Below, in pieces: positions 1-10,108 of a stretch of DNA of 64,000 nt. Position 1 is the stretch's first letter, and the number at the start of each line of letters is the position of its first letter. The DNA is from Armatimonadota bacterium. GTDB taxonomy: Bacteria; Armatimonadota; HRBIN16. The stretch lies in contig OY781964.1 in the NCBI GenBank assembly GCA_963677485.1, positions 2,368,001-2,432,000 on the forward strand. The letters are read 5' to 3'. The notes under the pieces were generated by a model, which was given only the letters and a program-made list of their open reading frames with translations, did not search any database and was not told the DNA's origin. Made by a program: the position numbers and the translations under genes.

Positions 1-1
1 C

Positions 2-622
2 GCCCGAAACTTCGATAACCCGTATCGCTCGCAAAGCATCTCCGAATTCTGGCGGCGATGGCACATCTCGCTCAGCACATGGCTCAGGGAGTATCTATAT
101 ATCCCGTTGGGCGGCAACCGCAAGGGCAAAGTTCGCACCTATGTGAATTTGATGCTGACCATGCTTCTGGGCGGTTTATGGCATGGGGCCAGTTGGAACT
201 ATGTCATCTGGGGTGCGATCCACGGTGGTATGCTTGCCTTTGAGCGCAGCCTGGGCAAGAAGGGCCCCTATATGGGTCTGCCGGTATTTCTGCGGGTGGG
301 CATCACATACATCGTGGTGCTCATCACCTGGGTGTTTTTCCGCTCTGCCGATTTGGGGGCATCGGCTCACTATGTGGGCACGATGTTCGGGTTTGGCAGT
401 CAGGCGCCCAGTGTCAGCCTGCTTAGCGGGCTGCTGTTCAAGCCCTACTACATCATCTGCATGTTGATATCGGCTGTGGTGGTGTGGAAGTTGCCCGACA
501 CCTGGGACTTTACGCAGAAGCTCACCTGGCCCAAAGCTGTGGTCTGTGTGCTGCTGCTCTGGCTGGCACTGGGCGTTCTGGCCACACAAGAATACAACCC
601 GTTCATCTACTTCATATTCTAA
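2..622 (+). CDS. MBOAT O-acyltransferase, AlgI/DltB-like (5' truncated by window)
   Basis: Frame 2 reads NFDNPYRSQSISEFWRRWHISLSTWLREYLYIPLGGNR...GLWHGASW and ends PFIYFIF, typical AlgI motifs. Confidence 0.92.
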   Translation, partial: ARNFDNPYRSQSISEFWRRWHISLSTWLREYLYIPLGGNRKGKVRTYVNLMLTMLLGGLWHGASWNYVIWGAIHGGMLAFERSLGKKGPYMGLPVFLRVGITYIVVLITWVFFRSADLGASAHYVGTMFGFGSQAPSVSLLSGLLFKPYYIICMLISAVVVWKLPDTWDFTQKLTWPKAVVCVLLLWLALGVLATQEYNPFIYFIF

Positions 623-642
623 ACGGCGAAGGAGGCTAACCA

Positions 643-2058
643 ATGACTGATAAACAACCGTATGTGCCCCTTTACGAGCCGAACAGCCGTGAAGAAGAGG
701 CCGAACTGAGCCTTAAATACACCAAGTTCTCCAAGGGTGTGCAGATATTCTTCGTCGTGATTCTGCTGCTGACCATCTTATCCGAAAGCGGCGTGCAGAT
801 GGTTGCTGACATCACGGCCTCGCGTGCCTACCAGGACGACAGTACGAAGGTTCCCGAGCGCAAGCTGTTCCGATGGGTGGAGTTCTGGCAGCTTGGTCCC
901 AGGACCGAGCAGATCAAGTCGGCTAAAGGCTTCTGGGATTACTGGGGGCTGCTGCCGCAGGTCAGCAAAATCAAGGAATACGAAACAGGGCTTGAGGACG
1001 ACTCGATCATAGGGGAGGCCTTGCGTCCCAAGGCGCAGCAGTTCCTGACCAATGTGCTTGGAGCCGGTAACGAGCAGGTGTTTGTGGGCCGAGACGGATG
1101 GCTTTACTACCGTCCTGAGGTGGAATATCTGACTGGCCGCGGCTTTTTGACGCCCGCGGAGCAGATGAAGCGCCTTCGCAGCGGAACCGAAGCTGTGCAG
1201 CCGGACCCCATTAAGGCGATTCTTCAGTTCGACAGATACCTCAGAGCTCGGGGCATCGTCATGGTGGTGATGCCAGTGGCCTGCAAGCCGATGACCATGA
1301 GCGAAATGCTGTCCTGGCCTGCCAATGTGCAGCAGCAGCCGTTGCAGAACGACAGTTATGCTCAGTTTGTGCAGAAGCTGACCGATGCAGGTGTGCTTGT
1401 GATGGACACCACACGGCTGTTTTGGGATGTGAAGACGGGCGCCGCGCCACAGCCAACGCATCTCCGCACCGACACGCACTGGACACCCCAGACCATGCAG
1501 TCCACCGCCAGCGTGCTGGCGGCATATATCAAAATGAATAACTTGCTTGGTAAATACCCACCGGTGGCGTACCGCACCAAACCGTTGAAGGTGAAGGGTG
1601 AAGGTGACATCGCTGTGATGTTGAAACTGGCAGACGGCGACAAGAGCTTCCCCAAACAAGAGGTGGAGTTGTCACAGGTATTGAATCCCGACGGCTCACT
1701 TTGGTTTCCTGACCGTGCGGCGCCGATTCTGCTGATGGGCGACAGCTACAGCAATATCTACTCATTGGGCACCATGGGCTGGGGTGAAAGTGCCGGTTTT
1801 GGAGAGCATCTTAGCGAACGGCTGAGCTGCCCGGTGGATATGATCGCGGTGAATGCGGGCGGGTCGTATGCCTCGCGTCAGCAGCTCATGAAAGAGATGT
1901 CCAGGGGTGATGACCGTCTGGCAGGCAAGCGGGTGGTGGTTTATGAGTTCGCCATGCGTGACTTGAGTTCGGGTGATTGGAAGCTGTTCAACCTGCCAAA
2001 ACCGAAAAACGCGCCAAAACCTCCGGTGCCGGTGCAAACAAACCCAGGTCCGCAGTAG
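643..2058 (+). CDS. AlgJ/AlgX-family SGNH-like O-acetyltransferase, membrane anchored
   Basis: GRDGWLYY, TDTHW (DxH), GDSYS motifs; N-terminal TM segment; GGAGG RBS; follows AlgI-like gene. Confidence 0.85.
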   Translation: MTDKQPYVPLYEPNSREEEAELSLKYTKFSKGVQIFFVVILLLTILSESGVQMVADITASRAYQDDSTKVPERKLFRWVEFWQLGPRTEQIKSAKGFWDYWGLLPQVSKIKEYETGLEDDSIIGEALRPKAQQFLTNVLGAGNEQVFVGRDGWLYYRPEVEYLTGRGFLTPAEQMKRLRSGTEAVQPDPIKAILQFDRYLRARGIVMVVMPVACKPMTMSEMLSWPANVQQQPLQNDSYAQFVQKLTDAGVLVMDTTRLFWDVKTGAAPQPTHLRTDTHWTPQTMQSTASVLAAYIKMNNLLGKYPPVAYRTKPLKVKGEGDIAVMLKLADGDKSFPKQEVELSQVLNPDGSLWFPDRAAPILLMGDSYSNIYSLGTMGWGESAGFGEHLSERLSCPVDMIAVNAGGSYASRQQLMKEMSRGDDRLAGKRVVVYEFAMRDLSSGDWKLFNLPKPKNAPKPPVPVQTNPGPQ

Positions 2059-2097
2059 TCCAATTTTATACACAAGCCGCCATTAGTGGGAGGAGAC

Positions 2098-2420
2098 AGG
2101 AGTTTATCCCGAGGAGTCAGGAGTTAGGAGAGTAGGAGTCAGGAGCCCTGGGAACGCCAATCTCCTGATTGGCTACTCGTGGGGAGGTCTCACGCGAAGA
2201 CGCGATGGGAAGACGGTTGGCGATTTGACCGGGGCGGTCTGTGCGCGGGCTATTGGTTACAGAAGGCTCAAGACCGCGCCGGTCTGGCGGTTAGCCCCTG
2301 GGAACGCCAATCACCCGATTGGCCTCCTGTCGGTAGGTCTCACGCGAAGATCGCGAAGGGAAGGCGGATAGCCTGAGGGGCAATCAAGACCGGCGCGGTA
2401 AGGAAAACCGCCCGGACTGT
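2098..2420. repeat. Mosaic of short repeats (AGGAGTC-like heptamers; family A x2; TCACGCGAAGACGCG; family B)
   Basis: Family A CCCTGGGAACGCCAATCTCCYGATTGGC at 2146 and a variant at 2296; family B AAGACCGGCGCGGTAAGGAAAACCGCCCGGAC near 2386; both recur elsewhere in the window. Confidence 0.85.
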
Positions 2421-2469
2421 GGCAACCATGTCATGTTCACACCCGGATGACCGATCAAGGAGATATATC

Positions 2470-3486
2470 ATGAATTGGAAATATCCCGTTGCATTCATAG
2501 CCCTGCTTTCATGCGCCGTTGGCTCGCAGGCTCAGGTGACCCCAGCGCAGGCCAATGAACTGCTGAAGGCGAAGCTGAACAACACCAATGTGGTTCCAGG
2601 GAGTGACGGCTGGCTGTTCTTTACTCCAGAGTTGCAATATCTCACCGCAGGCACATTCTGGGGAGCGCAGGCCGCGTCAGTCAGCAAGGCCACGAACAAG
2701 GCGGATGCGGATCCACTTCCGGCCATACTGGACTTCAAAGCACAACTAGCCAAAGCGGGCATCGACCTACTGATGGTGCCCGTGCCAGCCAAAGCGCAGA
2801 TTTATCCCGAGATGCTGGATGCCCGCCTGAAGGGTGCTGTACTGGATGAGACCCAGAAGAGCTTCTACAGCCTGTTGGCGAAGAATGGTGTGAAAGTGCT
2901 GGACCTGGCACCGGTGTTCCGCACCGGTAAAACCACCACTTCTGCGCCGTTATACTGCAAGCAGGACACTCACTGGAGCAGTGCGGCATGCCAGATCGCT
3001 GCCCGGCAGATCGCCCAGCTAGTGGTGAAGGCTCCCTGGTTCAAGGCTGTGCCCAAACGGCAGTATGTACAGAACAATAAAAACATCACCATCACCGGTG
3101 ACCTGTGGGGCATGCTGAACGACAAGACCGTAGCCAAAGAGACGCTGTCGGTGAACATCATACAGGAGAAGAACGCCCAGGGTCTGGCCCCAGTGGGGTC
3201 ATGGCGTGAGAGCCCAGTGGTCTTACTGGGTGACAGCCATAACCTGGTGTTCAGCACCGGCGGGGATATGCTGGTGTCTGGCGCGGGTCTGCCCGATCAA
3301 CTAGCCGGAGCTCTTGGTATGCCAGTTGATGTGGTGGCGGTTCGCGGCAGTGGGGCCACTCCGGCGCGTGTGGTTCTACTGCGCCGCGGAGATAATCTGG
3401 CGGGCAAGAAGCAGGTCATCTGGTGCTTCACCGTGCGCGAGTTCACCGAAGGTCAGGGCTGGAAGAAGGTCCCGGTCATCAAGTAG
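2470..3486 (+). CDS. Second AlgJ/AlgX-family SGNH-like protein, secreted
   Basis: AAGGAG RBS before ATG 2470; signal peptide; GSDGWLFF, QDTHW, GDSH. Confidence 0.85.
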   Translation: MNWKYPVAFIALLSCAVGSQAQVTPAQANELLKAKLNNTNVVPGSDGWLFFTPELQYLTAGTFWGAQAASVSKATNKADADPLPAILDFKAQLAKAGIDLLMVPVPAKAQIYPEMLDARLKGAVLDETQKSFYSLLAKNGVKVLDLAPVFRTGKTTTSAPLYCKQDTHWSSAACQIAARQIAQLVVKAPWFKAVPKRQYVQNNKNITITGDLWGMLNDKTVAKETLSVNIIQEKNAQGLAPVGSWRESPVVLLGDSHNLVFSTGGDMLVSGAGLPDQLAGALGMPVDVVAVRGSGATPARVVLLRRGDNLAGKKQVIWCFTVREFTEGQGWKKVPVIK

Positions 3487-3536
3487 CCTGCGGGGACAGG
3501 ATCAACTATGCGAAGAGCCGGTCGTCTCACCACCTG

Positions 3537-3680
3537 CAAGCGTTGCCTATGTCCGGGGCGGTCTGTGCGTGGGCTAGCGGTTGCAGATGGCTCGAGACCG
3601 CGCCGGTCTGGCGGTTAGTCCCTCAGGTTTGTTTTCGGGAACAAGACCGGCGCGGTTAGGGAAAACCGCCCCGGACTGTG
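3537..3680. repeat. Family B palindromic repeat doublet
   Basis: GTCCGGGGCGGTCT...AGACCGCGCCGGTCTGGCGGTTAG...AAGACCGGCGCGGTTAGGGAAAACCGCCCCGGAC; 3537-3600 recurs inverted at ~41228-41293. Confidence 0.85.
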
Positions 3681-3733
3681 GCCACCAAGTTATTCAGAAG
3701 AGAAAACCGCCCTCAACCCAGCCTAATTGTTGT

Positions 3734-5893
3734 CTACACAACTTGCTGGGTGCGGTTGATGATCATATCCTGCCACTGTTTGTTGAGCGTGGCGAAACGG
3801 GCACTCCATCCTGAGACCCTGACGGAGAGGTTGGGATACTTCTCCGGGTGACGCTGCGCATCGATGAGCGTGGACGAATCCACCACGTCGAGGTGCAAGA
3901 AGCAGCCACCCATCTCCAAGAACACCTTCAGCAGGCCCACCATCGTATCAAGCCCCTTCTCTCCTTCCACACTGGCTGGCAGCAGCTTAAGCTCAAACGG
4001 CCCTACCCCTGGCAGCTTGGTGAAGTCCATCTTGCAGTAGCTCAGCAGCGCGGCGGTCGGACCGTATTTTTCGCTGCCAGGCGAAGGCGAGAAGTTGGTG
4101 GCCAGGATATCTCCGGCGTGGTGACCGTCTGCGGTGGCTTTACGCTGAGGGCTCCAGAGTATCTCGCGGCCGAAGGTGCTGATGCCCGCTGGTCGGAATA
4201 CGCCCTTGCGGAACTTGGTCTCCGCCACCAGACCCGTGAAGCTGTCGAATACCCGTTGCATCATCGCATCTGCCAGCTCATTGTCGTTGCCGTAGGTGGG
4301 CACGCGGCTGGAGAGCAGACGGCGGAGGCTTTCGGCGTCTTCCCAGTCGTTGCGCATGGCCTGAACCATCTCTTCCCACGACACCAGCTTGGTGTCAAAC
4401 ACGGCTTGCTTGATGGCGGTCAGGCTGTTGGCGGTATCCGCCATGCCACCTGCGTGGCAGGCCAGCTCGTTGTATTTCGAGCCGCGGTTGTTGTAGTCTG
4501 CCCCGTTCTCGATGCACCCCTCCACAAACAGCGAGGGCACCACTGCCGGCACACCGCCGGTCATCCAGGTGTCGCAGACCTCGTTGTGGTAGTCCACATG
4601 CTTCGCCAGACGTGCTTCAAAGGCGGCGTAGAGCTGATCGAAGCTCTCATACTGCGAGATGGGGGCATCGGGGTTGAGCACGCCCAGCACCTCCTGCAGA
4701 AGCTGCAGCAGGTCGAAAGGCCAGTATCCAAAGGTGGTTTTGCCGGGGATGAGCACCTCCCAGCAGCCGTCATTCGCGAAGTTGCGTGCTTCCTCAACTG
4801 GGAAGCCCAGCCGCGTCATGGCCTCCAACACGATTGGCTCGTTGTAGCAGGCGATGATTCCGCCACCCAGCCGCTGCACCTCCGCCATGCGGCGGATCAA
4901 GGCTTCAGGGCTGTTGGGGCTTAGCCGCAGCGCGATGGGGAAGTCCGCCAACCGCAGCTCCTCGACCACGTCTAGCACGAGGTAGGTCACCGCATTGGTG
5001 ATGTCCTCGCCCGATTCGTCGATGCCAGAAAGCACGATGTTCTGGTAGAATTGCGCATCGCCGCTCTCGCCTGGTTCGTTGCGGGTCCATTCGGCGCCCA
5101 TCAGCCAGAAGTGCGCCACCAGTTCGCGCGCCTCGTCGATGGTGATGGTGCCTTCCGCCAGGTCTTTTTCTAGCAGCGGTCCCAGCATCTTGTCGAATCG
5201 GCCGATCGCGCTCCAGTTGCCGCAAAGGCGGGTCCATGTCCAGACCAGCCGCAGTGCGATGATGGCCTCGAAGAAGCTCGTGGGAGGGAGCTCGGGCACG
5301 CGCCGCATCGCTTGCGCGATGGCCGTTTCGCCCATCTGCTCCACCAGCTCCAGGTTGCGCTGATGCCACATATCGTAGGAATCCAGGCAGATTTTCATCG
5401 ATTCTAGATAGTCGCGCTGATCTGCGCTGAGGTCAGACGCCTTCAGCCGTTCTGTGAGCCGTTCGTCGATCTCCGCCATGCCCGTCTGCAACACCTGCTC
5501 AAAGCCCAGTGTGGTATGGCTGAGGCTGATCTGCCCGTAGATGGGCACATAGTGGGTGGCGGCTTCGTAGACCGTGGCGCAGCCGATCAGCTTCATGCCG
5601 GGCTCGAAGCGCAATGGGGCGTGTTCGGAGATCAACCGCACGCTGTGGGCGTATTTCATGGGCTCGCTCATGCCGGTTGTGTCCACGTGATCTTCCAGCT
5701 TGATGTTCAGCGACTTCATCTCACGGCCCCATTCGCCGCAGATCGCTTTCATCGTCAGCTCGTGCGTCCGCTCGCTGAGGCGTATCCGCTTGGGAAGAGC
5801 CGAAAAACTGCTATTCTCACTCTCTGTAAGGTCTGGTGTGATTTTTGGTACAATTGTGCGCTGCGTGGAGTTGGTCAGGTCTGCGATTCCCAT
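3734..5893 (-). CDS. Glycyl radical enzyme (PFL2/GRE superfamily)
   Basis: C-terminal RVSGW glycyl loop; NDGCWE Cys loop; GRFD and YGND motifs. Confidence 0.9.
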   Translation of the reverse strand: MGIADLTNSTQRTIVPKITPDLTESENSSFSALPKRIRLSERTHELTMKAICGEWGREMKSLNIKLEDHVDTTGMSEPMKYAHSVRLISEHAPLRFEPGMKLIGCATVYEAATHYVPIYGQISLSHTTLGFEQVLQTGMAEIDERLTERLKASDLSADQRDYLESMKICLDSYDMWHQRNLELVEQMGETAIAQAMRRVPELPPTSFFEAIIALRLVWTWTRLCGNWSAIGRFDKMLGPLLEKDLAEGTITIDEARELVAHFWLMGAEWTRNEPGESGDAQFYQNIVLSGIDESGEDITNAVTYLVLDVVEELRLADFPIALRLSPNSPEALIRRMAEVQRLGGGIIACYNEPIVLEAMTRLGFPVEEARNFANDGCWEVLIPGKTTFGYWPFDLLQLLQEVLGVLNPDAPISQYESFDQLYAAFEARLAKHVDYHNEVCDTWMTGGVPAVVPSLFVEGCIENGADYNNRGSKYNELACHAGGMADTANSLTAIKQAVFDTKLVSWEEMVQAMRNDWEDAESLRRLLSSRVPTYGNDNELADAMMQRVFDSFTGLVAETKFRKGVFRPAGISTFGREILWSPQRKATADGHHAGDILATNFSPSPGSEKYGPTAALLSYCKMDFTKLPGVGPFELKLLPASVEGEKGLDTMVGLLKVFLEMGGCFLHLDVVDSSTLIDAQRHPEKYPNLSVRVSGWSARFATLNKQWQDMIINRTQQVV

Positions 5894-6120
5894 GAGTTAT
5901 GATCTCCCAGAATGATGAATTAGGGCGTGTACTTTTACTATACGTCGGAGTGGCACGAAAGCAAAGTGGGAGGAGGTGGTTTGTATGTTGTATAGCTGCG
6001 TCGTTCAGGTACATTTTAGGTGTCGAACCACCATACCCGTCGGCTTCAATTTCAGCTGGCGAGGTGTGGGAGGGCTTCATAGCGAGTGTGAACAAGATCG
6101 GTAAAGGAGGAACGACTCTC

Positions 6121-8580
6121 ATGCGCACACATTGTCTGGTCATTGGGCTTCTGATGACCATCACGGCCCTCGCAGCGCAAGCAGGGCAGATTCCTGGACA
6201 TATCTACACAGCCATGCAGTCGCGGGCCGGACTGACCGGACCGGCGAAGACAGCGGTAGATAACAACCTTGCCTACTATCTCACCGGCGCACAGGGGCCG
6301 GATACCATCGGCATAATCCAGTATGAGCTAAAGAAGATATCGTTCTTTAGCTCGGTGGGCGAAGAGACCCATTACAGCCCACTCAAAGCACTGCTGGCTT
6401 TCAACATTCTTCTCAAAGCTGCCAACGATAAGGAGCGTGCATACGCCCTGGGCTGGCTGACCCACTACGTTAACGACACCAACATTCACCCGGTGGTGAA
6501 TAACTGGGGCGGGTTCTACGGCAAAAACCCGAAGCATCACAAGGAGCTGGAACAGCTTGAGACCAAGCATGTCTTCATGAAGCACAGCGATGTGGTGACG
6601 AAGGAGCTGGCCACCACCATCCCCACAGTTTTCGGCAAGGATTTCGCGGGGTTTATCTTCGACGCCTACGGCGAAACCTATCCGAACGAAAAGAAATACC
6701 AGGAGGGCAACGACTGGGGTGTCTACCCAAACCGCGAATACTTTATGGACCAGGAAGACAAGGCCGCAGACTGGTGCCTGTCTGCCGAAAAGACCTTCTA
6801 CAACTCCCACATTGACGGCACCGGCAAGCACGGCTACTGGCCGTCTACAGTGCCCATCCCCAACGAGCCGAGTAACGATGCCTACGCGAAACTGATGAAG
6901 GCCATCGAGATCGTCGGCATTGATACCTACGCCGACCGTATCGCGGTGACGGTCAGAGTGAACGACAGCAAGCTCTACGGGCGTTTCACAGCCGACTGGG
7001 AGAAAGCCGCTGCGCAGTCTATCGAGCAAGGTAAAACGCTACTCGCGACCGCCTCCGCCTATGTCGCGAATCCCACGCCGGACACGCGCGCGTCGCTGCT
7101 GCGCCTCATCCCCAACGCCAACCTTGACCAGCCGATTACGAACTATGACGACGCCGCAGTTTTCCCAGGCAATTCCACAGTAGATAAGATCAAGTACCGG
7201 CTGACCGTAACACCACAGGCCGCGGCGGGCAAACCAGCGAAAGCGCCGATCGTGCTGGAAGGCGCTTACTCCCCGATTATCTATGGTACTGACGATCTAT
7301 ACGGATCATTATCTGGCACGGCGATCATGAATATCCCTCTAGGTGCGGCCGTCGCCCCTTACAAGTTCAATATAGCGGTGGGGCTGAGCGGCACAAAGCC
7401 GGAAACTCGTCCAGAATTCAAGGATGTAGACTGGACGGACGCCAAGGGCAGTCACCCCGATGCCTGGATGAGCAGCGCCGGCACGGTGGCTCTGGGCGCC
7501 CCATTCAAAGTCAGCATGAGCATTCCGCCTGCGCTGAAGAGCAAGGGTGTCCGCCGCTGGGCCGTCATGAACCCTGGTTACGAACTTACGACCAGCGATT
7601 TGAACGCCCTCGACATGCACACCTGGAGCAAAGAGCTGCGTCCTGACGTGGTCGTGCTGGACGAGAGCATTTCTGACACCATCCTGACCACCACCCTGCA
7701 GATCACCGGTATGGACAATCTGAGCCAGCAACAGATCGGCGAAAACCAGTTGGTGCTCATCTGGTCCAAGAATGGCGAGCCGGGTGACCTGCGTGGTATG
7801 GATGCTGTCGGGCAGGCGCAGGAGGAGTATTCGGCCGCGTTAAGCCGTTTAGCTGCCAACCCCAATCTCGCGAAGTTGGAAGACCAGATCACCAAATACG
7901 TGGCAGAGCTGGACAAGAAGGGTCTGAGCCTTGACGAGAAGAAGAAGCTGGCTGAGAAGAAATCAGTCGAGTTGATCCCGCAACTCGGTCTGACGAAGGC
8001 TTACGCCGACGTCGACAATGCGCAAAAGGAACTGACTGCCCTGGAAGGTGTCCCCTTCCACGTGACTACTAGCATCAACGTGCGGCCCACAGCACTGTCC
8101 TTCCCGATTGCGACAGGATGGACGGAGAAGACGACTGACCCACCACCAGCCTTCCGTACCAAGCAGCGTGTGGAGAAAATGGCTTCTCAGAAGAATGAAA
8201 ATGGCAAGCTGAAATGGTCGGTTTCGGCCGGGCTGGAGCTAGGCTGGGACAGATGGAGCCCGGAAGCCGAGACTCGTCTGAAGACGTCTCATTCCGATTG
8301 CGTGGAGTCTACGTTGACCATCGGCGAGTTCACAGGCTCCATCTACACCCAAACCAAGGAGACCTCGCCGCGTGATCGCAGCGTAATGGTCTATGGTCTG
8401 TTGCACAAGGGTCAAGCCGGGCTATCTGTGTTCAGCTACAATCAAGGTTACGGGGCGGAGATATTCGACCAGGGAACCAAAATCTACGACGGCGCTGAGG
8501 ATTTGTCGCTGAATATGCGGACCACCCAGGAGGAGATGCAGAACATGATTCAAGGCCTCACCACCGCTCAGGTGCCGTAA
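6121..8580 (+). CDS. Secreted protein with N-terminal zinc-dependent phospholipase C-like domain
   Basis: AAAGGAGG RBS before ATG 6121; signal peptide; GAQGPD, GWLTHYVNDTNIHP, HKELE motifs. Confidence 0.7.
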   Translation: MRTHCLVIGLLMTITALAAQAGQIPGHIYTAMQSRAGLTGPAKTAVDNNLAYYLTGAQGPDTIGIIQYELKKISFFSSVGEETHYSPLKALLAFNILLKAANDKERAYALGWLTHYVNDTNIHPVVNNWGGFYGKNPKHHKELEQLETKHVFMKHSDVVTKELATTIPTVFGKDFAGFIFDAYGETYPNEKKYQEGNDWGVYPNREYFMDQEDKAADWCLSAEKTFYNSHIDGTGKHGYWPSTVPIPNEPSNDAYAKLMKAIEIVGIDTYADRIAVTVRVNDSKLYGRFTADWEKAAAQSIEQGKTLLATASAYVANPTPDTRASLLRLIPNANLDQPITNYDDAAVFPGNSTVDKIKYRLTVTPQAAAGKPAKAPIVLEGAYSPIIYGTDDLYGSLSGTAIMNIPLGAAVAPYKFNIAVGLSGTKPETRPEFKDVDWTDAKGSHPDAWMSSAGTVALGAPFKVSMSIPPALKSKGVRRWAVMNPGYELTTSDLNALDMHTWSKELRPDVVVLDESISDTILTTTLQITGMDNLSQQQIGENQLVLIWSKNGEPGDLRGMDAVGQAQEEYSAALSRLAANPNLAKLEDQITKYVAELDKKGLSLDEKKKLAEKKSVELIPQLGLTKAYADVDNAQKELTALEGVPFHVTTSINVRPTALSFPIATGWTEKTTDPPPAFRTKQRVEKMASQKNENGKLKWSVSAGLELGWDRWSPEAETRLKTSHSDCVESTLTIGEFTGSIYTQTKETSPRDRSVMVYGLLHKGQAGLSVFSYNQGYGAEIFDQGTKIYDGAEDLSLNMRTTQEEMQNMIQGLTTAQVP

Positions 8581-8625
8581 TAAACTAGTACCTGCCGGCA
8601 CAAGGTCCAATATGATATGGAACCC

Positions 8626-8708
8626 GTAGGGGCCATCCCTTGTGGTGGCCCTAACTGTTGCGCATGCGATCGTTCATGTTTCTGCCGGCACGAGGCGCGG
8701 CCCCTACG
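8626..8708. repeat. GTAG-type REP-like inverted pair
   Basis: GTAGGGGCCATCCCTTGTGGTGGCCCT ... GCGGCCCCTAC between convergent genes. Confidence 0.65.
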
Positions 8709-8712
8709 GCGA

Positions 8713-9789
8713 TCAGCCCACAATCTCCCGCATGATCTCAACAACCCTGTCCATATCTTCATCGGTGCCGATGCTGATGCGCAGGAAGTTCTCAATTCGA
8801 GGCGCCGTGAAATGCCGCACGAGCACACCGCGTTCTTTCAGTTTCGCGAATATCTCAACGGCGGGCATACACGCGTGCGATGCAAATACGAAATTCGCAG
8901 TCGAGGGTAATACATTGAACCCCATCGCCGTGATTGCATCTACAAAACGGCCGCGAGTATCCGCCACCATCCCGTTGGTGCGCTGATAATACTCGGTGTC
9001 CAGCACCGCGGCTTTAGCAGCCGATGCGGCGAGACGGTCAACAGGATAAGAGTTGAAGGAATCTTTAACCCGCCGAAGAGCATTTATCAGCTGAGGCTGG
9101 CCCAGCGCATATCCCACCCGCAGACCGGCTAACGCATGCGACTTGCTTAGGGTGCGCACCACCAGCAGGTTGGGGTAGCTTTTGATAAGCGGTGCCATGC
9201 TCTGTCCGCCGAACGCGATATACGCCTCATCCACTACCACGACTTTATCGGAGTGATACTCCAGAAGCTTGCAGATGTCATCGCACCCGAGATACATGCC
9301 GGTGGGTGCATTGGGGTTCGGGAATATCACCCCGCAGGCCGGTGTGTGGTAATCGGCGGGGTTGATTTCAAACTTTTCATTGAGCGGCAACAATTGAACG
9401 GGAATGCCGTAGAACTTCGCAAAAACAGGGTAGAAGCTGTATGTGATGTCAGGGAACAGCAACGGCAGCTCCGTATCGAAAAAGGCGTAGAAGGCAAACG
9501 AGAGCACTTCGTCACTGCCGTTGCCGCAGAAGACACAATCTGCGCTCAGGCCTTCAACCGACGCGATGGCAGCGCAGAGTTCCGTGGAATTGGAGTCGGG
9601 GTAGAGCGACAGCCTGGCCATCGCAGCCGTGATCTCAGCGGCGATTTTTGGTGACGGCGGATACGGGTTCTCGTTAGTGTTGAGTTTGATATAATCCGCA
9701 TTTTTAGGCTGTTCACCCGCGACATAGGGTGTTAACTGACTGGCGCGTGTCGACATGAAGTTCATATTGTGGCATTTCCTTTCGCTCAT
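8713..9789 (-). CDS. hisC: Histidinol-phosphate aminotransferase (true start may be a few codons downstream)
   Basis: IKLNTNENPYPPS, GNGSDE, NPNAPTG, DEAY, RTLSKSHALAGLRVGY. Confidence 0.93.
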   Translation of the reverse strand: MSERKCHNMNFMSTRASQLTPYVAGEQPKNADYIKLNTNENPYPPSPKIAAEITAAMARLSLYPDSNSTELCAAIASVEGLSADCVFCGNGSDEVLSFAFYAFFDTELPLLFPDITYSFYPVFAKFYGIPVQLLPLNEKFEINPADYHTPACGVIFPNPNAPTGMYLGCDDICKLLEYHSDKVVVVDEAYIAFGGQSMAPLIKSYPNLLVVRTLSKSHALAGLRVGYALGQPQLINALRRVKDSFNSYPVDRLAASAAKAAVLDTEYYQRTNGMVADTRGRFVDAITAMGFNVLPSTANFVFASHACMPAVEIFAKLKERGVLVRHFTAPRIENFLRISIGTDEDMDRVVEIMREIVG

Positions 9790-9888
9790 ATATATATTTT
9801 ACACGGCTATAGGAAAGGCGAGGGATGGCGTGCTACGGGCTTTGTCTGCCGAAGTGGATGACCGAACCTGGGCAGCCCGTTGATAACA

Positions 9889-10108
9889 GGCGGTTAGCCA
9901 CGCTACCGCGGGTTTAGTCACCCCACGGGACTGCGTCCCTGAACGGGGTTCCCTCACCGCGCGTCTAAACATTCGCGGCCCGCAAGCGGGCGCATGGTGC
10001 CCTCCGCCAGCGCCCGCAGGAGCGAAGCGACGCGGGCAGCCATCTGATCAGCGACGGGTGATGGAGCCCCCTGAAGCGATGTAACCCGTCGACTCGGGGC
10101 TAACCGCC
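9889..10108. repeat. Structured ~220-nt element, copy 1 (candidate ncRNA or non-autonomous element)
   Basis: Closed by inverted repeat GGCGGTTAGCC/GGCTAACCGCC; internal hairpins homologous to 15040-15203 and 57204-57396. Confidence 0.65.

Noticed and set aside
2179-2376. Small ORFs with PWERQSPDW or RPARLGKTAPD peptides (also ~3581, 27418, 48266)
   Set aside because: Translations of repeat families A and B
9889-10108. Hammerhead ribozyme (CTGATCA/CTGATTA)
   Set aside because: No CUGANGA plus GAAA core conserved across copies
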